Assembly: GCA_963662615.2 (NCBI GenBank)
Contig: CAXXSR010000002.1
Location: 576,001-640,000 of the forward strand
DNA: 64,000 nt
Origin: Dehalococcoidia bacterium
Lineage (GTDB): Bacteria; Chloroflexota; Dehalococcoidia; Bin125
Reading direction: 5' to 3'
Under the pieces are notes generated by a model, which did not search any database, was not told the DNA's origin, and worked only from the letters and a program-made list of their open reading frames with translations. The position numbers and the translations under genes are program-made. Below are positions 49,053-58,303 of the stretch, in pieces. Within the stretch, counting starts at the first letter, position 1; each line of letters starts with the position of its first letter.

Positions 49053-49913
49053 CTAGGCCGTCTCGCGCGCTCTGCCGAAGAGGAGGGTGCTGTCACCCAC
49101 TGCTTCCCAGCGGGCGTCATACTCGCGCCGGACCTCCTCGATTCGGCCCGATGCGATGTCCGCGGTGAGCGCTCTGGCGCTTCGCGCCTCGTCCGTCGGC
49201 GTCAGGCGCCGCATGCACGAGACGCCGTGGCGCTGGCGGCTCTCCAACAGCGCCTCCGCCGGCGCGTGGCGGAGCGCCATGAAGGAGGCGTCCGCGCAGT
49301 CTGCATAGTCGAAGCGCACGGTGCGGACGCCCCGGAAGCCGGCGAGGCTGAGCTGCGCTCGCAGCTCCTCCCTCGTCACGTGCTCCCCGGGGCGGGCGAT
49401 CTGATGGCTGGGCAGGTAGTGCAGCGCCCAGTGGGAGTGCAACTGCTCGATCGCGGTGAGGTGGTGCACTGTCGCGCTCCGCGCCACCCGTGCAAACTCG
49501 CGGAAGGCAGCCACCGGGTCGGGGAGGTGGTGATAGACGTTGATCGTCACCACGCAGTCCACCGACCGGTCCGGCAGCGGCAGCCGCTGGGCATCCGCGA
49601 TCGCCACCACACCGCCGATCTTCTCTTGCGCCCTCTCCAACATCTCTCGGCAGATATCCAAGCCGTAGACTCGGAAGCCCGCCTCCGCGAAGGCCTGAGC
49701 GTAGTTCCCGGTGCCGCAACCCACCTCCAGCAACGTGCGCCCCTCAGCGGGCCCCAAAAGCTCCACGATCGCCGCTAGGAGTGAGGGGCTGGCCCCGCGC
49801 GTGGAGTCGTAGAATTCCGCGGCGGTATCGTAATCGAGATGACTTCGACCGTTCCCGTCGGGTCCCGTGACGGCACTGGCTGGATCCGACGGCATGCTGG
49901 CGTTCAGCCCCAT
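49053..49913 (-). CDS. class I SAM methyltransferase
   Basis: Motifs LLEVGCGTG and DAQRLPLPDRSVD. SD GGAGGGG. Confidence 0.9.
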   Translation of the reverse strand: MGLNASMPSDPASAVTGPDGNGRSHLDYDTAAEFYDSTRGASPSLLAAIVELLGPAEGRTLLEVGCGTGNYAQAFAEAGFRVYGLDICREMLERAQEKIGGVVAIADAQRLPLPDRSVDCVVTINVYHHLPDPVAAFREFARVARSATVHHLTAIEQLHSHWALHYLPSHQIARPGEHVTREELRAQLSLAGFRGVRTVRFDYADCADASFMALRHAPAEALLESRQRHGVSCMRRLTPTDEARSARALTADIASGRIEEVRREYDARWEAVGDSTLLFGRARETA

Positions 49914-50227
49914 ATTTCCCCTCCGCGAAAGACTCGCCGGAGCCTAGCGGCCTGCGATCGATACTGTCAAACAGCGGACAACAGCCCGCGCTCCGCCTTG
50001 AACACCTTTCTGGGACCTCCGGCTTTATGATCCTAGCCGACCCCCTCCCCCTCGCCATCCGTCTAAGGAAGGGGGGCGAGGGGGAGGGGGCGAACTCCGG
50101 AATCCGCTGCCCCTGAGCCTGCCTGTCCTGACCAGTCCTTCCGTCCTGGGAAGGAGCCGGTCGCACGGTCGTAGGGCGTACGACCGCCACCTCGACGCGC
50201 TCACCGTCTGCCGCGCCGGCCGCACAC

Positions 50228-50440
50228 CCCGCCCGCGATCGGCGAAAATCCCGTCACTGTCTCGGTCCCCGCCTCCCCCACGCCCGCCCGCGATCAGCGA
50301 AAGACCCGTCGCGGCCTCGATCCCCGCTCCACCCACCCCCCCGCACGCGATCAGCGAAAGACGATGCCGCGGCCTCAGTCGCCGCGCGGTCTGCGCGCCC
50401 CGCACGCGATTATTAAAAAAGCTATGCTGCGGCGCAGCCA
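50228..50440. repeat. degenerate ~57-bp tandem array x4
   Basis: CCCGCMCGCGATCAGCGAAA core at 50228, 50283, 50340 and 50399 (most diverged). Confidence 0.7.
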
Positions 50441-50466
50441 CGTCCGCGCTTCCCTGAAAGGCCGCC

Positions 50467-50658
50467 ATGGTCTCCCACGACGAAATCAGCGACCGCCTCC
50501 GCGCCGTTGCGGCCGGCGCCGACCTCGAAATTGACGACGAGCGGCTGCGCGCCCTTGCCCCGCAGGTGCTCGCCCTCCTCTCCCGCCAGCCTCCGATCAC
50601 GCTGCACGGCCTCGCCGAGACAGAGCCGGCATTTGGGCTGCGCCTGCGCAAGGAGTAG
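50467..50658 (+). CDS. small GatC/AtzG-like amidase partner protein
   Basis: 63 aa, AGADLEIDDERL...ETEPAF, directly upstream of the amidase. SD GAAAGG. Confidence 0.65.
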   Translation: MVSHDEISDRLRAVAAGADLEIDDERLRALAPQVLALLSRQPPITLHGLAETEPAFGLRLRKE

Positions 50659-50746
50659 CGCTCTGCGACTGCGCGCCGCTCCGTCGCTCCGGTACCGGCG
50701 GCGGCCCCGCCCGACAACAGCTTGCGTCGCGAGTGGAGGGAAGACC

Positions 50747-52132
50747 ATGAGCCCCCCGCCCTCTGACCTCACCATCCGTCAGGCGGCCGACGCCCTCCGC
50801 GATGGCAGCCTCACCTGCCTGGCCCTCACCGAGTCCGTCCTCCAGCGCATCGCTGCCACGGAGCCCAAGCTCAACGCCTACATAACCGTCACGGCCGATG
50901 CGGCGCGGGAAGAGGCCGCCGCCGCCGACGTCGAGCTGCGCGCCGGTCGCGATCGCGGCCCCCTGCACGGCATCCCCTTCGCGCTCAAGGATCTCATCGA
51001 CACCGCGGGCGTCCGCACCACGGCCGGCTCCGCCCTCTTCCGCGATCGCGTGCCACACGAAGACGCCTTCGTGACCGGCAAGCTCAAGCGGGCCGGGATC
51101 GTGCTCACGGGGAAGCTCGGCCTGCACGAGTTCGCCTTCGGAACGACCAGCACCAATCCGCACTTCGGCTCCATCCGCAACCCCTGGAACCTCGACCACG
51201 TTCCCGGCGGGAGCAGCGGCGGCGCCGCTGCCGCCATCGCCGTCGGCTCGACCTTGGGCGCCCTCGGCTCCGACTCCGGCGGCTCCATCCGCATCCCCGC
51301 CTCCCTCTGTGGCGTCGTTGGCCTCATGGCGACCTACGGCCGCGTCAGCCGCAGCGGTGTCCTCCCGCTGTCGTGGTCGTTGGACCACGTCGGCCCCCTC
51401 GCCAAGACCGTGGAGGATGCCGCCCTCATCCTCAACGCCATCGCCGGCCCCGACCCCGCCGACCCCAGCAGCGCCGACGAACCCGTCGACGACTACACCA
51501 GCGCCCTCGGCCGCGATCTCCGCGGCCTCCGTATCGGCCTCCTCCGCGACCCCCTCTGGCACGACTGCGATGACGAGGTCGTCACCGCCTGCGAGACCGC
51601 CGTCGACGTCCTGCGCGAGCAGGGAGCGATCGTCTCTGAGGTCGAACTGCCGCTGCTGGCCCGCGTGCGCAGCGCCCGCACCCTCGACATCCTCACCGCC
51701 GAGGCCGCCGCCTACCACGCCGAGTGGCTCCGCGCGCAGCCGCAACAGTACAGCGAGGAAGTCCGTCGCAAGCTCGGCCTGGGCGCGCCCGTCCTCGCCA
51801 CCGACTACATCAACCAGCAGCGCTTTCGCCGCCAACTGATCGACGAGACGCGGCAGGCGCTCCGCCGCGTCGACGCCCTCGTCTCCCCCACGACGGCGAC
51901 CACCGCCCCCACCATCGAGGACGGCGACCCGCACGCGGAACTCGCTCGCCTCACCGCGCCCTACGACTTCACCGGCATCCCCGCCATCAGCGTGCCCTGC
52001 GGCATCGACGCCAACGGCCTGCCCATCGGCCTCATGATCGGCGCCCGCCACTTCGACGAGGTCACCCTCTGCCGCATCGCCCACGCCTACGAGCAGGCGA
52101 CTCCCTGGCACACGAAGCGCCCACCTCTCTGA
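50747..52132 (+). CDS. amidase-signature family amidase
   Basis: Motifs GPLHGIPFALKD, PGGSSGG and LGSDSGGSIRIPAS. SD GGAGGG. Confidence 0.95.
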   Translation: MSPPPSDLTIRQAADALRDGSLTCLALTESVLQRIAATEPKLNAYITVTADAAREEAAAADVELRAGRDRGPLHGIPFALKDLIDTAGVRTTAGSALFRDRVPHEDAFVTGKLKRAGIVLTGKLGLHEFAFGTTSTNPHFGSIRNPWNLDHVPGGSSGGAAAAIAVGSTLGALGSDSGGSIRIPASLCGVVGLMATYGRVSRSGVLPLSWSLDHVGPLAKTVEDAALILNAIAGPDPADPSSADEPVDDYTSALGRDLRGLRIGLLRDPLWHDCDDEVVTACETAVDVLREQGAIVSEVELPLLARVRSARTLDILTAEAAAYHAEWLRAQPQQYSEEVRRKLGLGAPVLATDYINQQRFRRQLIDETRQALRRVDALVSPTTATTAPTIEDGDPHAELARLTAPYDFTGIPAISVPCGIDANGLPIGLMIGARHFDEVTLCRIAHAYEQATPWHTKRPPL

Positions 52133-52298
52133 AGGAAGTGGCGCCGCGGCCCCGGTCGTAGCGGAGGGTACGAACCCGGCGCGCGATCGCGAAAAAGCAG
52201 GCAGTGACGACGCGGGCTCGATCGTGCTGGACGGTGGGCACGTCTCGCGCGCCCGCGAAAAAGGCACACCAGACGCCCGCCGCTTTGAGCCGGTTTGT

Positions 52299-52345
52299 CC
52301 CCCCTCTCCATCGCTCGGCCATGGAGAGGGGGCTAGGGGGTGAGG
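52299..52345. repeat. REP-like palindrome (same family as 47469)
   Basis: CCCCCCTCTCCATCGCTCGGCCATGGAGAGGGGGCTAGGGGGTGAGG. Confidence 0.8.
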
Positions 52346-52402
52346 TGGCGCGCACGCGCGCAACCCGCGACGCCGTGCCGTCGAATCTCGGCACTGGAAC
52401 GG

Positions 52403-53236
52403 CTACGAAGACTGTTCGTCGAGAGCCGCCCGCAGGGCGTCGTGCCACCTGGACACGTCCCGTATGTACAGCTGGAACAGGTAGTCATCCACTTGCGTGG
52501 CGCTCACCCCCACGGGAATGTGCCGCCCGTCGAGTAGCAGCAGCCGGGCGCTGCGACGAAAGACACCGGTCGCCGTGAGATGGCGGATGCTTTCTCGCCA
52601 AGGGGTGATCTCGTCGCTCAGGAGGAACGCATGAAACGGGCAGCCAAGCAGACTCTCACGCTTCCGGCCGTACAGCTGGCAGAGCGCCTCATTGACGTGG
52701 AGATACCGCAGATCGGCGTTGCAGATCCCTATCGGATCGAGAGCGAGATCGACCGCGCGGCGATGGCGCTCACTGTTCCAGAGCCCAAGGGGCGCCGCCT
52801 CCTCGCCGGGCCGAACCTCCGACGCAAAGTAGAGCGCCTTGCCCCGGCGGTCCCTCACCAGGCACGTTTGCAGGAGCGCCGGAACCACCGCGCCCTGTTT
52901 GCTCACATAACGCCTCTCAAATTCGCAAGAGCGCCGCTCCCCCGCCAGCATTTGGCGGATGGCAAAACTACCGTGCTCTCGGTCCTCGGGGTGCGTGATG
53001 TCGGCGAAGCTGACGCCGCGAAGTTCGCCCTCCGTACACCCGAGCATCCGCGCGTAGGCGGCGTTGACCTGGATCAGCCTCCCTTCGAGATTGACCAGGG
53101 CGAGGCCTCCGGGCCACTGATCAAATGTCGCCTCGACGGCTTCTTGTAGCCACGAGGTCTGTGTCGCTGGCAGACACGAGGGGGATCTCTCTTGCAGCCA
53201 CGACGGTGGCGTTACAGCTCCATCTCTCTCGGCCAT
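52403..53236 (-). CDS. stand-alone tandem PAS-domain protein (no output domain)
   Basis: PAS1 VNAAYARMLG..EL.G..ITHPED and PAS2 VNEALCQLYG...IRDVS. SD GGGAGGGG. Confidence 0.85.
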   Translation of the reverse strand: MAERDGAVTPPSWLQERSPSCLPATQTSWLQEAVEATFDQWPGGLALVNLEGRLIQVNAAYARMLGCTEGELRGVSFADITHPEDREHGSFAIRQMLAGERRSCEFERRYVSKQGAVVPALLQTCLVRDRRGKALYFASEVRPGEEAAPLGLWNSERHRRAVDLALDPIGICNADLRYLHVNEALCQLYGRKRESLLGCPFHAFLLSDEITPWRESIRHLTATGVFRRSARLLLLDGRHIPVGVSATQVDDYLFQLYIRDVSRWHDALRAALDEQSS

Positions 53237-53304
53237 GGTTCCCGCCCCTCCCCTCGGTTCGCGGTCCTGAGGGAGCCGCGTGGCTTCGCGGAGACTTGTG
53301 GATA

Positions 53305-53400
53305 CAGACCGGTCGGTCTAGTGCCGAACGGCTAAATACCTGCGAACAGCCCTGGGCTGCGCGAGCTGCTGACAATTATGGAAACAGACCGGTCTGTCTC
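53305..53400. promoter_or_regulatory. two TetR-type (NemR-like) operators upstream of the PAS gene
   Basis: CAGACCGGTCGGTCTA (53305-20) and perfect palindrome ACAGACCGGTCTGT (53384-97). Confidence 0.7.
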
Positions 53401-53493
53401 GATGGGCCGGGCATGGCACTCGCGGACCGCAGGTCTCCCGCGAGATGCGTCTCCTGCGAGATGCATGGGCTCCAGCGGGAGGAACGTGGCCGG

Positions 53494-54105
53494 CTAGGAG
53501 CGGTCGCCTTGCCCACCGTCCAGCGCCGCCGCAATCAACGTCTCGGCGGCCTTCCGCGCCACGCGTGCGGCCGCTGTGTCTCCCGACACGAAGGCGGCGT
53601 TGACCGCGCCGTCCGAGAGGAGCACGAGTTGGGCCCCCAGCAGCTCCGGGTCCCGCGCGCCGGCGCGGCCCGCTAGCTTGCTCATGTACTGCTCAAACCA
53701 GCGCTGGTGGTCGGCTGCCATCTGGTGGATGGCGTCATCGGGGTCGGGAAAATGCGCGGCGGCATTCACGAAGCGGCTGCCTCTGTAGTCGGGCTGGCGA
53801 AACAGCTCATCCAGGAGATCGAAGGCTATCAGGAGCCGCTCTCTCGGTTCCGCGCCGCTGCCCTCGATCCTCTCGCTTATCCGCCGTTGCTCCTCCTGGC
53901 TCTGATGCCGGAGCACTGCCAGCGCCAATTGTTTCTTGGAGCCGAAGTGCTTATACAGCGACATCTTCGCGACGCCCGCTTCGGCTACAATGGCGTTGAC
54001 ACCCGTCGGGTGGATTCCGCGCTCGGCAAAGAGACGACCGGCCGCCTCCAGGATCCGTTCAGCCGCCGAAGGTCCACCCTTAGACTCGCCTGTAGCAGCG
54101 ACCAA
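53494..54105 (-). CDS. TetR/AcrR family regulator
   Basis: HTH RILEAAGRLF..GVAKMSLYKHFGSK and YRGSRFVNAA. AAGGAG SD before TTG 54105. Confidence 0.92.
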   Translation of the reverse strand: MVAATGESKGGPSAAERILEAAGRLFAERGIHPTGVNAIVAEAGVAKMSLYKHFGSKKQLALAVLRHQSQEEQRRISERIEGSGAEPRERLLIAFDLLDELFRQPDYRGSRFVNAAAHFPDPDDAIHQMAADHQRWFEQYMSKLAGRAGARDPELLGAQLVLLSDGAVNAAFVSGDTAAARVARKAAETLIAAALDGGQGDRS

Positions 54106-54853
54106 CGGCCCGCTCCTTTTGGTGTACGCTGCCCGCTCCAAGCACCGTAGCTTCGCACGCCGGTTTCCCCATGTGCTCGCATCTGAACTGTCGGCGTATT
54201 CATCCCCTCGGACAGCCGCTCGCTCCTTCCCAAAAACGCCGACTCGCAATCTTGATACCCGGCCGCCCTGTCCCCCCGCAGTCCGATCCGAGTCCGGCCC
54301 GCGTCCCAACCCGGTCCGAAAGGTGTCCCAGCCTGTCCCCAACCAGTTCCTGTCCCTCCCCTTCTGCCAAGCAGGGCACACTCGCGCCCCTCCCTCCCAG
54401 ATAGAGAGCCCACGTCGAAGGGAGACACAAAAGATCGCGCAGGCCGACGCCCGCCGCCCCGGACCGATCAGCGCCCAGTTGACCGCACACCGCTGTGGCC
54501 GGCTCCGCCCAGCGATGGACGGCGACACTGACCGATGACCCCTCAGCCAACGGCGATCTGGAGCTGCGCCTTGTCATGACGATGTTTCGCCCGCGCGGAC
54601 GAGTGCCACAACGGCGCGCGAGCGAGCCACACCCGCCGTGGGTCGTCGCGCCTCGCGAACATAGTGCAGAGGTGAATGATATCCGCGCTCTTCGTGGAGG
54701 TGACGCGGGGCCGTCAACCGGCCGTCGCCGCGCCCGCCGCCACCGCGCCCGCAGCCGACGCGCTCCCCTACCCCGTCACCGCCCCCTCCTCCGCCCCCAA
54801 CACCAGCCGCGCGTACTCCCCGCCACCCTACTCGCCTCGACACCGGCCCTCCG

Positions 54854-54874
54854 CTAAAATGGAACAGATGTTCT
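54854..54874 (+). promoter_or_regulatory. perfect LexA-type box directly after a TAAAAT -10
   Basis: CTAAAAT-G-GAACAGATGTTC-T. Confidence 0.7.
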
Positions 54875-55138
54875 CCATACGCCGTGCCTCTCCCCTTGCA
54901 GCCGCCTGCCACGGTGACGGAAAAGATCGCGCGCGGGTGGCGGACAGGACGGGTCGCGCTTGGACTTCCCCCTCCTTCCCAAACCTTCCCCCCTTGTATC
55001 CCCCGACACACGGAATCCGCCCTCTCCCAGATGGGAGGTGCCACAAACCGCGCAACAAAAACGGAACCAGCGAGATCGCCCATAGCCGACTGCGAGGGCC
55101 CCCTATGTATGGCCTCGTTCGCGGCGGAGAGCAGGGAC

Positions 55139-55360
55139 TTAGCGCGTCGTCTGGTAGATCACCGGCCGGTAGCGCGGCGGCGGAATCGGCTTCTCCTCCG
55201 CCCGCGCAGCCTCCAACCAGGCCGCCTTGGCTTGCTCCAGTTCTACCAGCGCCTCCTCGGGGGTGGCGCCAAGCGCGGAGCACGCTTCGAGGTCTGGGAT
55301 GTCGGCGACGTACGCCCCATCTTCCTCGCCGTAGAAAATGTTGATGTGGTAGTCCCTCAC
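55139..55360 (-). CDS. hicB: HicB-family antitoxin (short, no HTH), orphan
   Basis: Sequence YHINIFYGEEDGAYVADIPDL..CSALGATPEEAL...PIPPP. Confidence 0.9.
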   Translation of the reverse strand: MRDYHINIFYGEEDGAYVADIPDLEACSALGATPEEALVELEQAKAAWLEAARAEEKPIPPPRYRPVIYQTTR

Positions 55361-55370
55361 GCCTTCTCCC

Positions 55371-57044
55371 CTAACCCGTCACCGCCCCCTCCTCCGCCCC
55401 CGACACCAGCCGCGCGTACTTGGCGAACGCGCCCCTGGTGTAGCGCGGCGCCGGCGGCGTCCACTCCGCCAGCCGCCGCTCCATCTCCGCCGCGTCCAGC
55501 TCCACGTCCACGCGACGGTTGACCACGTCGAAGCGGATCACGTCCCCGTCGCGCAGCGCCGCGATGGGCCCGCCCACCGCCGCTTCCGGCGACACGTGCC
55601 CCGCCATCAGGCCGTGCGTCGCGCCGCTGAAGCGGCCGTCGGTGAGGAGCGCCACACTGTCGCCCAGCCCTGCGCCCACCAGCGCCGCCGTCACGCCCAG
55701 CATCTCCCGCATCCCCGGCCCCCCCTTGGGACCTTCATAGCGGATCACCACCACGTCGCCGGCCTTGATCTCTTGCCCCGCCACGGCCGCGAACGCATCC
55801 TCCTCCCGGTCGAACACGCGCGCCGGCCCCCGATGGCCGACGCGTGCCTCCCCCGCCACCTTCAGCACGCAGCCGTTCGGCGCCAGGTCCCCCTTGAGGA
55901 TGACCAGCCCGCCCGACTCGTTCAGCGGCGCCTCCACCGAGCGGACCACGTCCTGTCCGGGCGTCTCCACGGCGGCCTCCGCCTCCTCCGCAATGGTCTT
56001 GCCCGTGACCGTCATGGCGCCCCCGTGCAGCTTGCCGCCCTCCAGCAGCCGCTTCGCCAGCAACGGCGTCCCCCCGGCCCGGTCCATGTCCAGGGCCACG
56101 TAGCGCCCGCCCGGGCGCAGATCGCCGATCAGCGGCGTCTGGCGGCTGATCCGGTCGAAGTCGTCAATGTCCAGCGCCACGCCCGCTTCCGCCGCGATCG
56201 CCAGGAGGTGCAGCACCACGTTCGTCGATCCGCCCGTCGCCGCCGCGGAGATGATCCCGTTCTCCAGCGCCTCCCGCGTCAGGATCTCGCGCGGCAGGAC
56301 GCCTCGCGCCAGCACGTCCATCACCAGCGCTCCCGCGCGATGCGCCACATCGTTCTTGCGCGGATCGGTCGCGCCCACCGTGGCGCTGCCCATCGGCGAG
56401 ATCCCCAGGAATTCCAGCGTCGTTGCCATCGTGTTGGCCGTGTATTGCGCGCCGCAGGCGCCCGCGCCGGGACAGGCCGCCTCTTCAATGGCGCTCAGCT
56501 CGCTGGCGCCGATCTTGCCCGCCGCCTCCTGTCCCACCCCCTCAAACACGTCCTGGATCGTCAGGTCCCTGCTCCCGTAGCGTCCCGGCGCAATGGAGCC
56601 GCTGTAGAGGACCACGCCGGGAAGGTTGAGTCGGGCCAGCGCCATCGCCGCCGCCGGGATCGTCTTGTCGCAGCCGACGATGATCGCCGCCGCGTCGAAC
56701 AGATAGCCCGTCGCGCACAGCTCAATGGAATCGGCGATCACCTCGCGGCTGATCAGCGACGCCTTCATCCCCTCCGTGCCCATGGAGATGCCGTCGGTGA
56801 TCGAGATCGTGTTGACCTCCATCGGCGTCCCGCCCGCTTCACGCACCCCCGCCATCACGTGCTGCGCCAGCTCTCGCTGGCTGAAATTGCACGGCGCCGC
56901 TCCGATCCAGGAGTGCGCCACCATCACCAGCGGCCTCTTCAGGTCGTCTCCCGTGAATCCGACCGAGCGGAACATGGCGCGGGCGGGCGCGCGGTCGGGC
57001 CCGTCCACCAGAACGCGGCTGCGATGTCGGGGATCGAACGGCAT
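55371..57044 (-). CDS. ilvD: dihydroxy-acid dehydratase
   Basis: Motifs [32 protein letters not shown] and TDGRFSG. Confidence 0.97.
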   Translation of the reverse strand: MPFDPRHRSRVLVDGPDRAPARAMFRSVGFTGDDLKRPLVMVAHSWIGAAPCNFSQRELAQHVMAGVREAGGTPMEVNTISITDGISMGTEGMKASLISREVIADSIELCATGYLFDAAAIIVGCDKTIPAAAMALARLNLPGVVLYSGSIAPGRYGSRDLTIQDVFEGVGQEAAGKIGASELSAIEEAACPGAGACGAQYTANTMATTLEFLGISPMGSATVGATDPRKNDVAHRAGALVMDVLARGVLPREILTREALENGIISAAATGGSTNVVLHLLAIAAEAGVALDIDDFDRISRQTPLIGDLRPGGRYVALDMDRAGGTPLLAKRLLEGGKLHGGAMTVTGKTIAEEAEAAVETPGQDVVRSVEAPLNESGGLVILKGDLAPNGCVLKVAGEARVGHRGPARVFDREEDAFAAVAGQEIKAGDVVVIRYEGPKGGPGMREMLGVTAALVGAGLGDSVALLTDGRFSGATHGLMAGHVSPEAAVGGPIAALRDGDVIRFDVVNRRVDVELDAAEMERRLAEWTPPAPRYTRGAFAKYARLVSGAEEGAVTG

Positions 57045-57211
57045 GGCTGAACTCCTTGGCTGTGCCTGGACGGGGAAGGAATCGGGACCCGCCCGGCGTC
57101 AGGCCGCCCCGGCGCGGCGCCGGCCGTGCGCGTCAGGATAGACGACGCTGGGCGCCCCCGTCAGTCGATCGCTCCGCCCGCGCGGCCGCGCTCGGCGGGA
57201 CGCCGGGCGGA

Positions 57212-58303
57212 TCAGCGCGCGCGTTGCGGCTGAGCCGGACGCGGAGGCTCTTGCTGCCCCTCCGCTGCAGGCTGCGCCGGCTCCTGCCCTCGCGCCAGGC
57301 GGCCCACCGGCACGTTGTAGAGCCACAGGAAGAACAGGCCAACGAGCGCTATGGGGATGAGCACCAGGCCGTGCAGCGAAGCGGCGTAGGCAATCGCGAC
57401 CTCTTCCGCGTTGTCCGCAAGGAGATAGATCAGGAGCACTTCCTTCGTCGCCCACTCGAACGGCCCCACGCCACCGGCGCTGGAGGGGGCCGCGATGATG
57501 ATGTTCGCCGCCGCCGCCACTAGGAGGTACACCGGGAACGCCAGACCCAGCCCGAACGCTTCGCCCACCAGGAAGTACATCAGCGCTTCCAGCCCCCAGG
57601 CGACGGCGCTGGTCCAAACGCCCGCGAGGAGAAGGCGTCGGTCCCGCAGCGCGCTGAACCCCTCCGCCACCGACGTGACCCAGCCGCTGCTGCGTCTCCG
57701 CATGAAGGGGATCCGTTCCATCAGCCCTCGCACCACTCGCTCCGCCGCGTCGGGACGGGTCGCAATGGCGTAGAGGAGGACGAACGCCGCGGACACGCCG
57801 AAGACCATAAACGCCATCACGCCCAGGAAAAGATCGCCTGGGTAGTCAATCAGCCCAACCAGGCCCGCCGCCACGCCAACGCAGAGAAAGGCGGTCAGCA
57901 TCATTCCGTCGAAGACGCGCGCCACGAAGACGCTGGCCAGCCCGGCCGGCCGGCTGATCCCGTGGCGGCGGTGGAGCACGTGCGCTCGCACGACCTCGCC
58001 GGTCCGCAGCGGCAGGATGTTGTTCACACCGAAGCCGATCGCCATGATGGGCAGCAGTTTGCGCGGCGGCACCGGCTCCAGCGCGCGCAACAGGTAGTGC
58101 CAGCGCACCGCTCGGAAGTAGATGCCCGCGAAGAAGATCGCCAGGGCGATGAGGATCAGGACGACGTTGGCATCCGTAAACGCATCCGCCACGCCGCCGA
58201 AATCGGTGTTGCGGAGGAACAGGACCACGAAGACGCTACTGACCCCCACGCCCAGCAGTGCCCGGCTCGTTGGTCCCGTCATGGCGCGGATCCCGCGGCG
58301 CAT
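57212..58303 (-). CDS. lysylphosphatidylglycerol-synthase TM / flippase-like (UPF0104) membrane protein
   Basis: Motifs RAVRW, NNILPLRTGEVVR and PSSAGGVGPFE. Confidence 0.88.
   Translation of the reverse strand: MRRGIRAMTGPTSRALLGVGVSSVFVVLFLRNTDFGGVADAFTDANVVLILIALAIFFAGIYFRAVRWHYLLRALEPVPPRKLLPIMAIGFGVNNILPLRTGEVVRAHVLHRRHGISRPAGLASVFVARVFDGMMLTAFLCVGVAAGLVGLIDYPGDLFLGVMAFMVFGVSAAFVLLYAIATRPDAAERVVRGLMERIPFMRRRSSGWVTSVAEGFSALRDRRLLLAGVWTSAVAWGLEALMYFLVGEAFGLGLAFPVYLLVAAAANIIIAAPSSAGGVGPFEWATKEVLLIYLLADNAEEVAIAYAASLHGLVLIPIALVGLFFLWLYNVPVGRLARGQEPAQPAAEGQQEPPRPAQPQRAR

Larger units (their letters stand above)
54763..55420. mobile_element. 603-bp insertion flanked by 55-bp direct repeats of the ilvD 3' end (att-like)
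   Basis: 54763-54817 matches 55366-55420 at 53 of 55 positions. Confidence 0.75.

Noticed and set aside
50729-50739. GCGAGTGGAGG matches the extra bases in the HAD gene
   Set aside because: The match is short and coincides with the amidase SD, so it is likely chance.
54495-55344. ORFs of 120-222 aa around the ilvD duplication, considered as possible HicA or integrase
   Set aside because: They are low-complexity translations with no HicA or recombinase motifs.
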